Origin: Protoeuglena noctilucae
Taxonomy: Eukaryota
Length of the DNA stretch: 64,000 bases
Direction of reading: 5' to 3'
Assembly: GCA_958009085.1 (NCBI GenBank)
Contig: OY253674.1
Coordinates: forward strand, 62,001-126,000
Shown here: positions 62,073 through 64,000 of the stretch, one piece after another
Numbering within the stretch: position 1 is the first letter of the stretch
Layout of the letters: every line of letters begins with the position of its first letter
The notes under the pieces: model-generated
Databases searched by the model: none
What the model saw: only the letters and a program-made list of their open reading frames with translations
Told to the model about the DNA's origin: nothing
Position numbers and translations under genes: made by a program

Positions 62073-64000
62073 TCAGAAGGTGGCCAGGGATGGCCCATTG
62101 AGCCCCCTGCCCCGCGGCGGCGAGGGCGGCCTCTGCTCGTTGATGTCTTGCATCCAGGTGTCGGAATCGTTGCCGTAGGTCATGTACACGCCCTGCTCGT
62201 CCACCTCGCTGCAAATGGGGGGGGCGGGGCGGGGTGAGGGTGAGGGTGAGGGGGGTGGTGAAGAGAAGACGAGCAGAGTTAAAGTGATGGGCAGAGCATT
62301 GCACAGCAAAGCCACCGCAAACAGCACGCACGACCACAGCGCCGACAATCGTGTGTTGTGCAATGCAATCTCGGCATCCCCCCTTGCATCGTTTACTGAC
62401 TCACCCGTGTCCCGGCGGCAGCGGGTGGATGAGCTTGGGCACCATCACCATGTCGCGGCCAAGCACCAGGATGGCGCCCGCGTTGTTGGCCGTGCCGCAG
62501 TAGTTGGTCGCGCTGCAGTCAGCCGGAGGGTGGAGTTACAGTTAGTGAATGTGATGGACAGTAATGCAGTGCATGGTTGGTGGCGCTGCATGGATGACGG
62601 GAGACTGTGGATCACAATCAGTCACGGATGCAATTGTCATCTAAAGTAATGGTTATTTAAAGGAATGGAATGCACGACACAAACGGTAAGCAAGAGAGGC
62701 ATGGGGGCACGTTCGCTCCCCTCCCTTCACCCCCACTGCTCCTGCCACTGCTCTCACTAGCCCCCATCCCTCGCCTGAACAGCGTGAAGAGCTACCCCAT
62801 CCTCTCAATCACACAGCGTGATAGGCTATCCTCTCCCACCTGAACAGCGTGATGAGCTATGGACATGCAACCCATCCACCCTTGTCACCTGAACAGCGTG
62901 ATGAGCTTCCCCTGGGCGAACCTCTCGAACCCATCCATGACGCACTCGTGGGCGCGGATCATCAGCTGCAGGCCGTTGCGCTCGCAGAAGTCCGCCACGC
63001 GGTCGGGGCCGAAGCACACCAGGCCGGGGCCACTGCATAGCGAGGGGGGTGAGAGGGTGAGGTGAGGTGAGTGGCGGAGTGGGTCCGGGGTGCACTGTCG
63101 AAGCACATCAGTGAGTTGCAACAAACTCAACCTTACTATCTCCACTAACGCACGCATTACCGCTCCCACACACCACTCCCCCACAACTCCCCACACATCC
63201 ACCCCCACCCCCAAACACCCCAACCACTCACCGCGGCGACGGCTGCACCCCCTCCACCGCGTCGTTGGTGGTGGGATCCGACCAGAGCAGATCCGTGTAG
63301 ACCTGGTTGCCATCTTTCAGCGAAATGGGCCTCTGCAGCTCCTCGATCTGCCCCAGGTTCTCAATTACGCGCCCGATGCCGCCGTGCATGCACACGATCT
63401 TGTCGGCCACCACCGCCGCCAGCGGGAGCCAGTTGAACAAATCGTTGAAGCGCTTCCAGACCTTGATGCCCCCATTCGGCCCCAACCGCTCCATGCACTC
63501 GTCCCGGAAGCCGAACAGGCTGTTGATGTCCTCATCCTCGTGATTGCCCCGGATCAAGTGCACATAGCGTGGGTAGTCGATCTTGAGCGCCAGCAGCAGG
63601 CACATGGTCTCCAAAGAGTGCCGCCCGCGATCGACATAATCCCCCAAAAAGAGATAGTCGATGTAGGTGACGTCGCCCGTCATGGTGGGCGCGCCGTACT
63701 CCTCGAAAAGACGCATCAGGTCCCCGAACTGCCCGTGCAGGTCGCCGAAGATCTTGATCGGCGCGGAGAGGCGCAGCACGGTGGGCTCCGCGCGGAAGAG
63801 GTCCTCGGCCTGGTCGCACAGCGCTTCGATCTCGTCGACGGATAGGCAGAACGCCTCACTGGGCGTCCACTCGCGGGGCTTGAGGAGGCACTCGATGGTC
63901 TTCTTGTGCACGGGGGAGTCGCCGCTGAGGGGGGAAAGAGGAGGGAGACAAAGGCGGGTGGGAGGTGTGGGTTGGGGGGGTGTGGGGCGCGGTGGGTGAC
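62073..64000 (-). CDS. BSL: BSU1-like (BSL/PPKL) Ser/Thr phosphatase, C-terminal catalytic part; 5' end beyond the window
   Basis: LLKPREW, APIKIFGDLHGQFGDLMRLFEEYG, IDYLFLGDYVDRG, IRGNHE, IRAHECVMDGFERFAQGKLITLFS|ATNYCGTANNAGAIL and the BSL-type tail TWMQDINEQRPPSPPRGR. Confidence 0.92.
62773..62907 (-). repeat. Four degenerate copies of a BSL exon end plus donor
   Basis: Plus-strand CACCTGAACAGCGTGATGAGCT at 62886 and 62837, with variants at 62773 and 62811. Confidence 0.92.

Noticed and set aside
62773..62907. Spaced direct repeats resembling a CRISPR array
   Set aside because: The repeat is the gene's own exon end, spacing is irregular, there are no cas genes and the context is eukaryotic.
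385..63999. Hundreds of long Arg/Pro/Ala/Gly-rich ORFs in the six-frame track
   Set aside because: These are shadow ORFs of high-GC DNA, overlapping or antisense to spliced genes and lacking family motifs.

Overview
GC-rich, intron-dense eukaryotic nuclear DNA, most likely from a flagellated green alga: it carries a plastid-type RsgA, a DUF760 gene, a BSL/PPKL-type phosphatase and ciliary CCDC113. By hand-splicing I reconstruct 22 protein-coding genes: DOT1-like methyltransferase, TRAPPC1, VMA22/CCDC115, RsgA, V-ATPase subunit c, CCDC113, RPS18, ASNSD1, an mL80-like protein, a ~3,200-aa NACHT-WD40 STAND protein, two orphans, HscB, a PlsC acyltransferase, clathrin heavy chain, DUF760, a 4-TM orphan, NOP14, a PDK1-like kinase, a small secreted EF-hand protein, NmrA-like and a partial BSL phosphatase. 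I found no supportable tRNA, rRNA, CRISPR array or transposase. Notable features: (1) repeated tandem duplications that copy exon-intron junctions into introns, one of them in frame and synonymous-only in clathrin; (2) introns with G-rich 5' ends and C-rich 3' ends, and frequent GC-AG donors; (3) an NLR-like protein with an apparent dead NACHT upstream of an intact one, lying tail-to-tail with (4) an orphan whose N-terminus resembles the histone H3 tail; (5) near-strict alternation of gene orientation. Gene spans include introns. All splicing and family calls were made by eye, without database searches.
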